DNA of 64,000 nt from Bacteroidota bacterium (lineage in GTDB: Bacteria > Bacteroidota > Bacteroidia > Bacteroidales > FEN-979), in the NCBI GenBank assembly GCA_026391775.1, contig JAPLDK010000006.1, positions 2,608 to 66,607 on the forward strand. Reading direction: 5' to 3'. Numbering within the stretch: the stretch's first letter is position 1; every line of letters starts with the position of its first letter. This document shows positions 41,487-50,525 of the stretch, in pieces. Made by a program: the position numbers and the translations under genes. Under the pieces are notes generated by a model, which saw only the letters and a program-made list of their open reading frames with translations, was not told the origin of the DNA and did not search any database.

Positions 41487-43133
41487 ATGGAGCAGCAGTC
41501 ACGCAAAGAATTGGATAAGGAATTCCAGGAATATTACCTGTCTTCCTCAATTCCAAGCATGAAAGTTGGCCTTTCTGTCACCCTCCTGCTATTCGTTGCC
41601 TATGCCATTGTCAACAACATTCTTTTTGGTTCCCTTCCTGAACAACAGTATTTTTTAAGATTCGGGCTGATTATACCCTCCCTTCTTCTTTCCCTGCTCG
41701 TTATTTTTATTCAACCCTTGCGCAAACATCTTACCCTGATATTCATCATTGTAAACCTTTTCTCATGCTTTGCCATATATTACATTGGGGTCACTACAGA
41801 TATCACAAGCCGGGGCTATAATTACTTTTACGCCTGGGTGATGCTTATCATGATCGGTATGCATACATTTTACAGGATCCGTTTCTGGGATCTTATCATA
41901 TTGAATGCTATGCAGCTGCTGGCCTATGTCCTGGCCTCCCTGTTCAACCGCAGTTATACTGTACCGGTACTTTTTCTCAACCATTTGTTTTTTGTAGTTT
42001 CAGTAACCTCACTTGGATTTTTCATCTCCTATATTTTCCAGAGCCTTAACTGGAAGAACTTTCTCCATCAGAAAGCGCTCACCGAAAATTACCATAAACT
42101 GATCCTTGAGATCAGGGACCGTAAGGAGGCCGAAGAAGAACTCCTGCGATCGGAAAGGCAGTATCATGAGGCTCTGGACAGTTTTCCCGACTGGGTTGTT
42201 GTTGTGGACCGGGACATGAATATTATTATGGTTAATTCCACACTCAAGCAGGTTGCCACGGAAGCAGGCCTTTTAGCTGATCTTACAGAGTTAAACTTCA
42301 AGGACTCATTTCCCTTCATCCGGAAAGAAGAAATTGAAGACGTTAAAGCCGTTTTTGAAACCGGCAGGATCTCCATTGGAGAAATGAATTTTGAATTCAT
42401 GGGGAAGAATGTTTTTCTTGAGACCAGGAAAATCCCTATGATACGTAACAGCAGGGTTGAGCAGGTGATGGTGGTTACCAGGGACCGGTCGAAAGAGAAG
42501 GAAGTTGAAGCTCTGAAGCTAAGGAATGCCGAGACAAAAGAGATTATGCTCAAAGAGATTCATCACAGGGTGAAAAACAATCTCGCTATCGTGATCAGCC
42601 TCCTCGGCATGCAGGGAAAGAAAAACCCTGATCCCGACTTCCAGAGACTAATCAGGGACATTGAGCTCAGGATCAGGTCGATGGCCCTCATCCATGAGCA
42701 TCTTTACCGCAGCGAGAATCTCGATAAAGTACCACTTTCAAATTACATTCACTCCCTGGTATCGATTATTTCAGGTACTTTCAGTGGACATAAGATAAGG
42801 CTGGAGATGCAGCTTGAAGATATCCTGGCAAATATTGAGACGGCCCTGCCCCTGGGCCTGATAACGAATGAACTGCTTACAAATTCCTATAAATACGCAT
42901 TTCCCGGCAATAAGGAAGGCATAGTTACTTTGAAACTCGAAAAATACAATTCGACAGGGTTTAAGCTTGAAATTTCCGATAACGGAGTGGGCCTTCCTGC
43001 TGGTTTTGACCTGCAAAGCCAGGAATCTCTAGGTATGTTTATTATTAAACTCCTGGTTGAACAGCTGGATGGCAGTATTACTATCACGTCAAACGAAGGG
43101 GTATCAGCATCCATTATTGTTCCAACTGTTTAA
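41487..43133 (+). CDS. Membrane sensor histidine kinase, HisKA_2/HWE-like class, with PAS domain
   Basis: About 6 N-terminal TM helices, a coiled coil and PAS (WVVVVDRDMNIIMVN...). H-box EIHHRVKNNLAIVISLL, N-box ELLTNSYKYAF, G-box ISDNGVGLP. Confidence 0.85.
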   Translation: MEQQSRKELDKEFQEYYLSSSIPSMKVGLSVTLLLFVAYAIVNNILFGSLPEQQYFLRFGLIIPSLLLSLLVIFIQPLRKHLTLIFIIVNLFSCFAIYYIGVTTDITSRGYNYFYAWVMLIMIGMHTFYRIRFWDLIILNAMQLLAYVLASLFNRSYTVPVLFLNHLFFVVSVTSLGFFISYIFQSLNWKNFLHQKALTENYHKLILEIRDRKEAEEELLRSERQYHEALDSFPDWVVVVDRDMNIIMVNSTLKQVATEAGLLADLTELNFKDSFPFIRKEEIEDVKAVFETGRISIGEMNFEFMGKNVFLETRKIPMIRNSRVEQVMVVTRDRSKEKEVEALKLRNAETKEIMLKEIHHRVKNNLAIVISLLGMQGKKNPDPDFQRLIRDIELRIRSMALIHEHLYRSENLDKVPLSNYIHSLVSIISGTFSGHKIRLEMQLEDILANIETALPLGLITNELLTNSYKYAFPGNKEGIVTLKLEKYNSTGFKLEISDNGVGLPAGFDLQSQESLGMFIIKLLVEQLDGSITITSNEGVSASIIVPTV

Positions 43134-43151
43134 GCCATTAAAGAAATTGAC

Positions 43152-43412
43152 ATGAAAGAAATCTGGGTTCTTGGCATCAATATCACCGACCGGGCCAGCA
43201 GAGTGTCCCTGGTTCAGAATGTACTGGCAAAATTCGGCTGTTCCATACGTACAAGGCTTGGTTTACACAACCCCGACCCAGGTGCATGTGCAGGTTGTGG
43301 TCTTATTTTACTTGAATTATACGGAGATACTACTGAATTCTATAAACTGGAGAATGAACTCCTGAAAATTGAAGGTATAGAAGTAAAGAAAATGGTCTTT
43401 AAACAAGGGTGA
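43152..43412 (+). CDS. TM1266-type small ACT-like protein, paralog 2 (CxxC variant)
   Basis: 86 aa. MKEIWVLGINITDR...GLILLELYGDTTEFYKLENELLKIEGIEVKKMVFK, roughly 40% identical by eye to paralog 1. Carries ACAGCG where paralog 1 has VCSRTG. Confidence 0.55.
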   Translation: MKEIWVLGINITDRASRVSLVQNVLAKFGCSIRTRLGLHNPDPGACAGCGLILLELYGDTTEFYKLENELLKIEGIEVKKMVFKQG

Positions 43413-44343
43413 TCCTGGTCCCCCCATTGTCGATCCCAAGCATGGTAGTCTTGGTGATAATGGTATCTTTCCCTGAATTTTCCACAAAATGAATTGCAGC
43501 CCTGATCTTGGGGCCCATGCTCCCCTCAGGAAACTGTCCTTCCTCAAGGTATTGTTTAGCCTTGGCAATTGTTAAACGGTGAAGTGGTTCCTCCTGTGGA
43601 GTGTTAAAATTGATACAAACTTTTGGTACATCGGTCAGGATAAAGAATTTATCGGCATTGATCTGTGAAGCCAGGAGTGCCGAAGCAAGGTCTTTGTCTA
43701 TAACGGCATCAATTCCCTCCAGTTTGTTAGGTTCAACATAGTAAACAGGAATCCCTCCTCCGCCCACAGCGATGACAATATTATCCTGTCTGGCAATTTT
43801 CTCAATGGTTTTCTTATTCAGGATAACCAGGGGTTTTGGTGATGCCACAACTTTTCTCCAGCCCCTGCCCCGCGCATCCTCTTTAAAAACAGCATTGGAA
43901 TCGGCAGAGATCACATCAGCTTCTTCCTTTGTATAATATGGCCCTACAGGTTTTGTAGGGTTTTTAAATGCAGGATCATCCTTATTTACCAGTACCTGTG
44001 TTGTTATTGTGATGATGTCTCTTTCCATTTCATACTTCTCGAGCACATTCTTGAGTTGCTGCTCAATAATATAGCCTATGAACCCCTGGGAATAAGCCAC
44101 ACAGATATCCAAGGGCATCTCTGGGATGCCGAACATCTTATATCCTGCCGAATTGGCGAGCATTATATTTCCTACCTGGGGTCCGTTGCCATGGGTTAGT
44201 ACAAGGTTATAATCGCGTTTCATGAGTTTAACAAGACTTTCGGATGTAGCATAGGCATTTGCTTCCTGCTCTCCGATCGTCCCTTTCTGATCGGACCTGA
44301 GAAGGGCATTGCCTCCAAGAGCAACAACAGCAAGCTTTTTCAT
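43399..44343 (-). CDS. arcC: Carbamate kinase
   Basis: MKKLAVVALGGNALL, THGNGPQVG, AVGGGGIPV. 314 aa. Its 3' end overlaps the convergent small ORF by 14 nt. Confidence 0.9.
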   Translation of the reverse strand: MKKLAVVALGGNALLRSDQKGTIGEQEANAYATSESLVKLMKRDYNLVLTHGNGPQVGNIMLANSAGYKMFGIPEMPLDICVAYSQGFIGYIIEQQLKNVLEKYEMERDIITITTQVLVNKDDPAFKNPTKPVGPYYTKEEADVISADSNAVFKEDARGRGWRKVVASPKPLVILNKKTIEKIARQDNIVIAVGGGGIPVYYVEPNKLEGIDAVIDKDLASALLASQINADKFFILTDVPKVCINFNTPQEEPLHRLTIAKAKQYLEEGQFPEGSMGPKIRAAIHFVENSGKDTIITKTTMLGIDNGGTRITLV

Positions 44344-44423
44344 AATTCAGGGTTTATAAGGCAAAAATAAGACTTTTTTCAATCTTTCTTACCTTCGCAA
44401 CGCAATGTACAAAGGGGGGAAGG

Positions 44424-45299
44424 ATGAAAGCGCAGCGAAAAGCTTACTTATATGCATTCTCAGCCATAGCCTGCTGGTCGACCATTGGTTCGGCTTTCAA
44501 GCTCAGCCTGCGCTACCTGGATCCCCTGGGCCTTCTTCTATTTTCAGGGATTATAGCATGCATCGCTTTGTTTATTATCCTGCTTGCCCAGGGGAAGCTT
44601 TCATTGCTCAGAAAAACCACATCCAGGCAAGTCCTGATGTCGGCAGTGATGGGGATGCTCAACCCCTATTTGTATTATCTTGTACTTCTGAGGGCATATG
44701 ACATTCTGCCGGCACAGGAAGCCGGGACACTCAATTACATATGGCCTCTGGTACTTGTATTGCTTTCGATTCCCCTTCTCGGTCAGAAGATCAGTGCCTG
44801 GAGCATAGCAGCCGTGATAGTAAGTTTCATGGGGATACTGATTATTTCCACACATGGCCATCTTCTGACCTTCAAATTTACAAGTACTACAGGCGTTCTG
44901 CTTGCCCTCGGAAGCGCTGTTTTCTGGGCTCTTTACTGGATACTCAACCTTAAGGATAAGAGGGAAGCGGTAGTTAAGATCTTTCTCAACTTCTGCTTTG
45001 GATTATTGTATGTTTTTATTACGATAGCGGTCACAAAGCACTTCTGGATTCCGCCCTGGACAGGCATTGCAGGAGCGGTGTACATAGGTCTGTTTGAAAT
45101 GGGCATCACTTTTGTGCTCTGGCTCAATGCCCTTAAATACTCCGAGACAACTGCCAAAGTGAGCAATCTTATCTACCTCTCCCCTTTTCTATCCCTGATA
45201 ATAATTCACCTTGCAGTAGGCGAAGCGATCCTGCTTTCCACGATAGCAGGACTGGGGCTGATTGTTTCGGGCATATTGATGCAGCAGTATTTTAAGTAG
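44424..45299 (+). CDS. DMT-superfamily (EamA) transporter
   Basis: 10 predicted TM helices with the two-EamA-repeat layout. Confidence 0.8.
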   Translation: MKAQRKAYLYAFSAIACWSTIGSAFKLSLRYLDPLGLLLFSGIIACIALFIILLAQGKLSLLRKTTSRQVLMSAVMGMLNPYLYYLVLLRAYDILPAQEAGTLNYIWPLVLVLLSIPLLGQKISAWSIAAVIVSFMGILIISTHGHLLTFKFTSTTGVLLALGSAVFWALYWILNLKDKREAVVKIFLNFCFGLLYVFITIAVTKHFWIPPWTGIAGAVYIGLFEMGITFVLWLNALKYSETTAKVSNLIYLSPFLSLIIIHLAVGEAILLSTIAGLGLIVSGILMQQYFK

Positions 45300-45343
45300 C
45301 GATTTTTTTCGCTTATTCGCTTTTTCGCTACTTCCCTACTTTG

Positions 45344-45351
45344 TACTTTTG
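45344..45351 (+). promoter_or_regulatory. -7 promoter element TAnnTTTG immediately upstream of mtaB (near-leaderless)
   Basis: TACTTTTG ends 4 nt before ATG 45356. Confidence 0.4.
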
Positions 45352-45355
45352 CCCC

Positions 45356-46645
45356 ATGTCTCCTACCACTATCGCATTTCACCATTTCGGCTGCAAGGTC
45401 AACTTTGCCGAGGCTTCTTCAATTTCCCGCCAGTTCCGTGAAAAAGGGTTCGAACTGAAAAATCACCATGAAGTGGCTGATATTTACGTGATCAGTACCT
45501 GTGTTGTCACTGCTGTTGCTGAAAAAAAATGCAGGGCTGCGATCCACCAGGCCCATAAGCTAAACCCGGATGCTAAAATTGCTGTGATAGGGTGTTTCTC
45601 CGAATTAAAGCCGGGTGAACTCAGTCAAATCGAAGGTGTGGACCTTGTTCTGGGGAACAGCTCAAAATACATGCTCATTGAGGAACTTGAAAAACTCAAA
45701 TCTCCTGATTACCATGGAGGGTTCAATCCGGGCATCAGGGGAACCAGCAGTTTTGTTCCTTCCTTCTCATTTGGTGACCGCACCCGCTCTTTCCTGAAGA
45801 TCCAGGATGGATGCGATTATTACTGTTCTTATTGCACGATTCCGCTGGCCAGGGGGCATAGCCGCAGCGATACCATCGCCCACGTGATCAGCAGCGCTCA
45901 GGAGATAGTTAAAAACGGGATCCGCGAGATTGTGCTTACAGGAGTTAATATAGGTGATTTCGGCAGGCATAACGGAGAAAATTTTTTTCAGCTAATACAG
46001 GCTCTTGATCAGCTTAAAGGGCTTGTCAGACTAAGGATCTCCTCGATAGAGCCTGATCTTCTCTCAGATGAGATTATCGATTTCGCAAGCACTTCCCTTA
46101 AATTCATGCCCCATTTTCATATTCCGCTTCAATCTGGCTCAGATAAGATACTCAAGGCAATGAAGCGGAAGTATAGTCTTGAAGTCTATTCAGGCCGGGT
46201 TGAGAGGATAAGGCAAAAGCTTCCACTGGCCTGTATAGCTTCGGATATTATCGTTGGGTTCCCCGGGGAGTCAGAAGATGACTTCCGGGATACTGTTAAT
46301 TACATCGGGCATTTGCCTGTTTCATATATGCATGTTTTCACCTATTCGAAACGGGAAAACACTCTGGCTTCCCTCATCAGTGAAGAAGTGCCCGGCAAAA
46401 TCAAAAAAGAAAGGAGCAAACTGCTTCATCATCTTTCAAAACAAAAAAAACAGGCCTTTTATCAGCAAAACCTGAACAGGGAAGTTAATGTTCTGTTCGA
46501 GTCGGATAATTCACAGGGCTGGATGCATGGTTTTTCGGAAAACTATATCAAAGTCAAGACAAAGTTCAATTCCGCTCTGTCAAACCAGGTAAGAAAAGTA
46601 AGACTTCAAGAGATGGATGATGAGGGTGTTTACATATTTGAATAA
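45356..46645 (+). CDS. mtaB: tRNA t6A37 methylthiotransferase MtaB (MiaB-like radical SAM)
   Basis: N-terminal UPF0004 Cys triad (GCKVN..., TCVVT, GC), radical-SAM CDYYCSYC, and a C-terminal TRAM-like segment. MtaB versus MiaB/RimO was judged from the lack of an N-terminal extension and from the FGCKVN start. Confidence 0.8.
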   Translation: MSPTTIAFHHFGCKVNFAEASSISRQFREKGFELKNHHEVADIYVISTCVVTAVAEKKCRAAIHQAHKLNPDAKIAVIGCFSELKPGELSQIEGVDLVLGNSSKYMLIEELEKLKSPDYHGGFNPGIRGTSSFVPSFSFGDRTRSFLKIQDGCDYYCSYCTIPLARGHSRSDTIAHVISSAQEIVKNGIREIVLTGVNIGDFGRHNGENFFQLIQALDQLKGLVRLRISSIEPDLLSDEIIDFASTSLKFMPHFHIPLQSGSDKILKAMKRKYSLEVYSGRVERIRQKLPLACIASDIIVGFPGESEDDFRDTVNYIGHLPVSYMHVFTYSKRENTLASLISEEVPGKIKKERSKLLHHLSKQKKQAFYQQNLNREVNVLFESDNSQGWMHGFSENYIKVKTKFNSALSNQVRKVRLQEMDDEGVYIFE

Positions 46646-46709
46646 TCCGTAATTTCGCGGGATGATGAGCCAAGAATAATTCTATAATCAATCCTTCATT
46701 CCTTCTTCA

Positions 46710-47507
46710 ATGAACCTCCAGCATATCACTCAACAAACCTGCCAGGTCGCAATCGAGGCGGGTGAATTCCTCAGGAACGAGATACGAAAACTTAAATCCT
46801 CCGATATAGAGATGAAAAGCTTCAACAACTTCGTTACTTATGTTGACCGCGAATCGGAGACCAGGATCATGGAACAGCTTTCAAAGATCCTTCCCGGTTC
46901 AGGCTTTATTGCAGAAGAAAGTCCGGATTTAACAAGCAGCGAACTTACCTGGGTAATTGACCCTCTCGACGGGACCACGAATTATATTCATGGGGTACCA
47001 ATGTATTGCGTCAGTATAGGCCTTATACAGAATGATAAGGTCCTTGCCGGTATCGTATATGAGGTTAACCTCAATGAATGTTTTTATACCTGGGAAAATG
47101 CCCCCTCATATAAAAACGGCGAACAGATCTGCGTATCAAAAACACCGAAAGTTGCCGACTCCCTGTTTGCCACCGGCTTCCCTTATCATGATTACGGCCG
47201 GATGGAGGATTATCTTGATATTTTCAGGCACCTGATGCAGCACAGCAGGGGCATACGGAGGCTTGGGTCAGCAGCTGCCGACTTGGCCTATGTTGCAGCA
47301 GGGAGGTATGATGGTTTTTATGAATACGGATTAAGTGCGTGGGATGTCACGGCCGGTGTGCTGCTTGTGAAAAATGCAGGCGGCAGGGTTTCTGATTTTT
47401 CAGAGAGGGAAAATTATATCTTTGGTAAGGAAATTATCGCTACGAATAACTCAATATACGACGAATTTAAAAACTTGTTCACACAATGGAAGAACGTATC
47501 AAACTGA
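46710..47507 (+). CDS. Inositol monophosphatase family protein (SuhB-like)
   Basis: [17 protein letters not shown] and WDVTAG motifs. Confidence 0.85.
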   Translation: MNLQHITQQTCQVAIEAGEFLRNEIRKLKSSDIEMKSFNNFVTYVDRESETRIMEQLSKILPGSGFIAEESPDLTSSELTWVIDPLDGTTNYIHGVPMYCVSIGLIQNDKVLAGIVYEVNLNECFYTWENAPSYKNGEQICVSKTPKVADSLFATGFPYHDYGRMEDYLDIFRHLMQHSRGIRRLGSAAADLAYVAAGRYDGFYEYGLSAWDVTAGVLLVKNAGGRVSDFSERENYIFGKEIIATNNSIYDEFKNLFTQWKNVSN

Positions 47508-47995
47508 TTCAGGGCGACATTACTGCAATACAGGTCGATGCGATTGTCAATGCAGCCAATACTTCCCTGCTTGGAGGAGGTGGTGTTGATGGCGCAATTC
47601 ACCGCGCAGCAGGCCCTGGCCTTGTTGAGATCTGCCGGTTGCTTGGAGGTTGCGAAGTGGGGGAAGCCAAAGTTACTCCAGGTCTCCATCTGCCTGTAAA
47701 ATATATCATTCATACTGTAGGCCCCGTATGGAAGGAAGGGAACAACGAAGAAGCCGAAAAACTTGCAAACTGTTACAGGTCCAGCCTTGAACAGGCCATG
47801 CTGCATGATTGCAAAACCCTTGCCTTTCCCAATATAAGTACAGGGGTTTACCACTTTCCAAAACAGCTCGCAGCTGAGATAGCCGTTCGCGAAACCAGGG
47901 CTTTCCTGGCCTCCAACACAATCCCTGAGTCTGTTACATTTGTTTGTTTTGACGAAGAAAATTTCAACCTTTATAAGGGTTTGCTGAATTCATGA
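47486..47995 (+). CDS. Macro-domain O-acetyl-ADP-ribose deacetylase (YmdB-like)
   Basis: [39 protein letters not shown] and [13 protein letters not shown]. Confidence 0.9.
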   Translation: MEERIKLIQGDITAIQVDAIVNAANTSLLGGGGVDGAIHRAAGPGLVEICRLLGGCEVGEAKVTPGLHLPVKYIIHTVGPVWKEGNNEEAEKLANCYRSSLEQAMLHDCKTLAFPNISTGVYHFPKQLAAEIAVRETRAFLASNTIPESVTFVCFDEENFNLYKGLLNS

Positions 47996-50439
47996 GACTC
48001 CTGATTGCCTTGCTGCTGATGATATCTTTTTGTTGTCAGGCTTCAGGGCAGGCCATAAAGAGAACGGTGGAAGCCGTCAGAACCAATGCCTCCATAAAGA
48101 TAGACGGGGTTCTTGACGAAGAAGCCTGGGACAAAGCAATTCCGGCTGGGGATTTTATTCAACGGCTGCCTTACAACGGCTCCACAGCGACATTTCAAAC
48201 AGAGGTAAGGTTCCTATATGACAATACGGCCCTGTATGTCGGAGCAATGATGTTTGACCCGCATCCCGACAGTATTCCTGCTCAGCTTGGGTTAAGGGAT
48301 TCACAGGGGCTCAACGCCGATTACTTTATGCTGATGCTCTGCCCGTTCAACGATGGGCTTAATGCATTCTGTTTCCAGGTGTTTGTTTCCGATGTGCAGG
48401 CCGATTTCCAGCTTCATGGTACATATTCAGGCGAAGATAACGATATGAGCTGGGATGCGGTTTGGTATAGCAAAGCTAAAATCAATAAGCAGGGTTGGGT
48501 CGTTGAATTGCGTATCCCATACTCTGCCCTGCGCTTCCCAAAGAAAGATATCCAGGAATGGGAAATTAACTGCCAGCGCGACATCCGCAGAACAAGAGAA
48601 AATGACACATGGAATTTTGTTAATGCCGCCGTTCAGGGCTATGTAAACCAGGGAGGCCTGATGCAGGGGATGACGAATGTAAAACCCCCGCTCCGTCTTT
48701 CTCTTACACCGTATGTTTCAGGATATATGGAGAAAAACCCGGGAGACCCCAACTGGCAGTTTTCCTATAATGTAGGCGCCGACCTGAAATACGGGATCAA
48801 CCAGTCTTTCACTATGGACATGACGCTCATCCCCGATTTCGGGCAGGTGCCTTCGGATGATAAGATTTACAATTTCACACCTTATGAGATCAGGTATCTG
48901 GAAAGAAGACAGTTTTTCACCGAAGGGACCGAACTGTTCAACAAATCCGGGATTTTCTATTCAAGGAGGATAGGCGCACTCCCGAAAGCCTACGACAAGC
49001 CTTATGGAGGGCTTGATTCGGCCGAATTTGTTAGCAATAATCCAATGCAGACCAAACTGATCAACGCAACCAAGATAAGCGGTCGTACTGTAAAAGGCCT
49101 GGGAATCGGTGTTTTCAACGCCATGACAGCCAATACCTGGGCCACTGTTTCCGACATTGAAACCGGGGATACGAGAAAGGTCCTTACCCAGGGCTTTACA
49201 AATTATAACATGATCGTGTTTGATCAGAACCTGAAAAATAATTCCTTCTTTGACATACTGAATACTAATTACTTCATGCCTACCGAAGGCTATATCGCCA
49301 ATGTTTCCGGGATACAATTCAAATTTGCCAATAAAAAATACACTTATGCCTTAACAGGCGACGGCTTCATGAGCCAGAAGTACTATTCCCATTCAAGTCC
49401 TGATTTCGGGTACAGGGCCGATCTGGCATTCGGCAAGATCACGGGCCGGTTTCTATATCAATACGCAATGAATCTTGAGACTCCCAACTACGATCAGAAC
49501 GACATGGGCTACGACCCGGTGAATAACAAGTTCAACAATTCAATCACCCTGGAATACAACTTCTACAAGCCATTCTGGAAACTACTGAATTGGTATAATT
49601 TGCTGAGATTTTCCTATAAATGCCTGTATGATGACCTGAAATACTCTGCCCTGACTATTGATTACCAGACTCACCTGAACACAAGAAAATATCTCACCAT
49701 TGGGCTGAACTTTTCGGCACAACCATTTCAAGGTAATGATTACTATGAACCCAGGGTTGCCGGTTGGATGTATATCTCACCTGCATCACTTACAACCGAT
49801 GCCTGGATTTCTACTGATTACCGTAAAAAATTCGCTGTTGATGCATGGGGGATATGGTATGCGGTTTCAACCCGGGCCACCAGTGGTTTTGAGCTTGGAG
49901 CCGGGCCAAGACTCAGGGTAAGTAACAGGTTGTTCTTTTATTGTGCTGTAAATTTCAACAAGGTATACAATGATGTGGGATACGTAATGGATTCGGTCAG
50001 TAATACAGGAGAACAGGTGATATTATTCGGACGCAGGGACAGGCAAACCATCATTAATATCCTGCAGGGAAATTTTATGTTCAATTCCTCCATGAGTATT
50101 GATCTGAAAATAAGGCATTACTGGGTACTTGCACCATATTATTCCATCTATCGGCTTCAGCCTGACGGAAGCCTCCAACCCATTGATTATACAGGTAATG
50201 TGGGCCTCAACTTCAACCTTTTCAACATCGACCTGAGCTATATCTGGAATTTCGCACCCGGCAGCCAGCTCTCGTTCATGTGGAAGAATGCCATCGGTAC
50301 AAGCAACAACCAAATTGTAAGAAGTTATTTTGACAATTTACATAACACGGTTTTATCTCCCGCGTCTAACAGCCTTTCCATACGCCTGCTTTACTACCTT
50401 GACGCTTTATATTTGAAGCGAAAAAAGAAAACGGATTGA
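47992..50439 (+). CDS. CBM9-like / DUF5916 outer-membrane-associated protein
   Basis: Signal peptide, then an N-terminal [15 protein letters not shown] pattern (CBM9-like) and a long beta-rich C-terminus. 815 aa. Confidence 0.55.
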   Translation: MRLLIALLLMISFCCQASGQAIKRTVEAVRTNASIKIDGVLDEEAWDKAIPAGDFIQRLPYNGSTATFQTEVRFLYDNTALYVGAMMFDPHPDSIPAQLGLRDSQGLNADYFMLMLCPFNDGLNAFCFQVFVSDVQADFQLHGTYSGEDNDMSWDAVWYSKAKINKQGWVVELRIPYSALRFPKKDIQEWEINCQRDIRRTRENDTWNFVNAAVQGYVNQGGLMQGMTNVKPPLRLSLTPYVSGYMEKNPGDPNWQFSYNVGADLKYGINQSFTMDMTLIPDFGQVPSDDKIYNFTPYEIRYLERRQFFTEGTELFNKSGIFYSRRIGALPKAYDKPYGGLDSAEFVSNNPMQTKLINATKISGRTVKGLGIGVFNAMTANTWATVSDIETGDTRKVLTQGFTNYNMIVFDQNLKNNSFFDILNTNYFMPTEGYIANVSGIQFKFANKKYTYALTGDGFMSQKYYSHSSPDFGYRADLAFGKITGRFLYQYAMNLETPNYDQNDMGYDPVNNKFNNSITLEYNFYKPFWKLLNWYNLLRFSYKCLYDDLKYSALTIDYQTHLNTRKYLTIGLNFSAQPFQGNDYYEPRVAGWMYISPASLTTDAWISTDYRKKFAVDAWGIWYAVSTRATSGFELGAGPRLRVSNRLFFYCAVNFNKVYNDVGYVMDSVSNTGEQVILFGRRDRQTIINILQGNFMFNSSMSIDLKIRHYWVLAPYYSIYRLQPDGSLQPIDYTGNVGLNFNLFNIDLSYIWNFAPGSQLSFMWKNAIGTSNNQIVRSYFDNLHNTVLSPASNSLSIRLLYYLDALYLKRKKKTD

Positions 50440-50458
50440 CCTTTGCTTTATTTTATTG

Positions 50459-50466
50459 TACATTTG
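50459..50466 (+). promoter_or_regulatory. -7 promoter element TAnnTTTG upstream of the kinase array
   Basis: TACATTTG, about 60 nt before the first kinase start. Confidence 0.35.
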
Positions 50467-50525
50467 TTAATAGCGGATGATATGCAGCAAAGTGTCTTTT
50501 TACATTAAATAACTTATCTGTGAAA

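Noticed and set aside
43399-44343. Carbamate kinase as a functional partner of HydG (cyanide-ligand chemistry)
   Set aside because: Carbamoyl phosphate feeds CN synthesis in [NiFe]-hydrogenase maturation (HypF/HypE), not the HydG tyrosine-lyase route. The gene is convergent, on the opposite strand, and has its own upstream region. The adjacency is best treated as coincidental.
45296-45331. Hairpin GTAGCGA-N22-TCGCTAC after the EamA gene, considered as a terminator
   Set aside because: The loop is long, there is no following T-run (TTCCCTAC), and it overlaps the mtaB promoter region. That is too weak to annotate.
45356-46645. Radical-SAM gene 4 kb from hydG, considered as the missing hydE
   Set aside because: It has the MiaB/MtaB three-domain layout (N-terminal Cys triad domain, CDYYCSYC, C-terminal TRAM-like segment) rather than the biotin-synthase-like HydE architecture.
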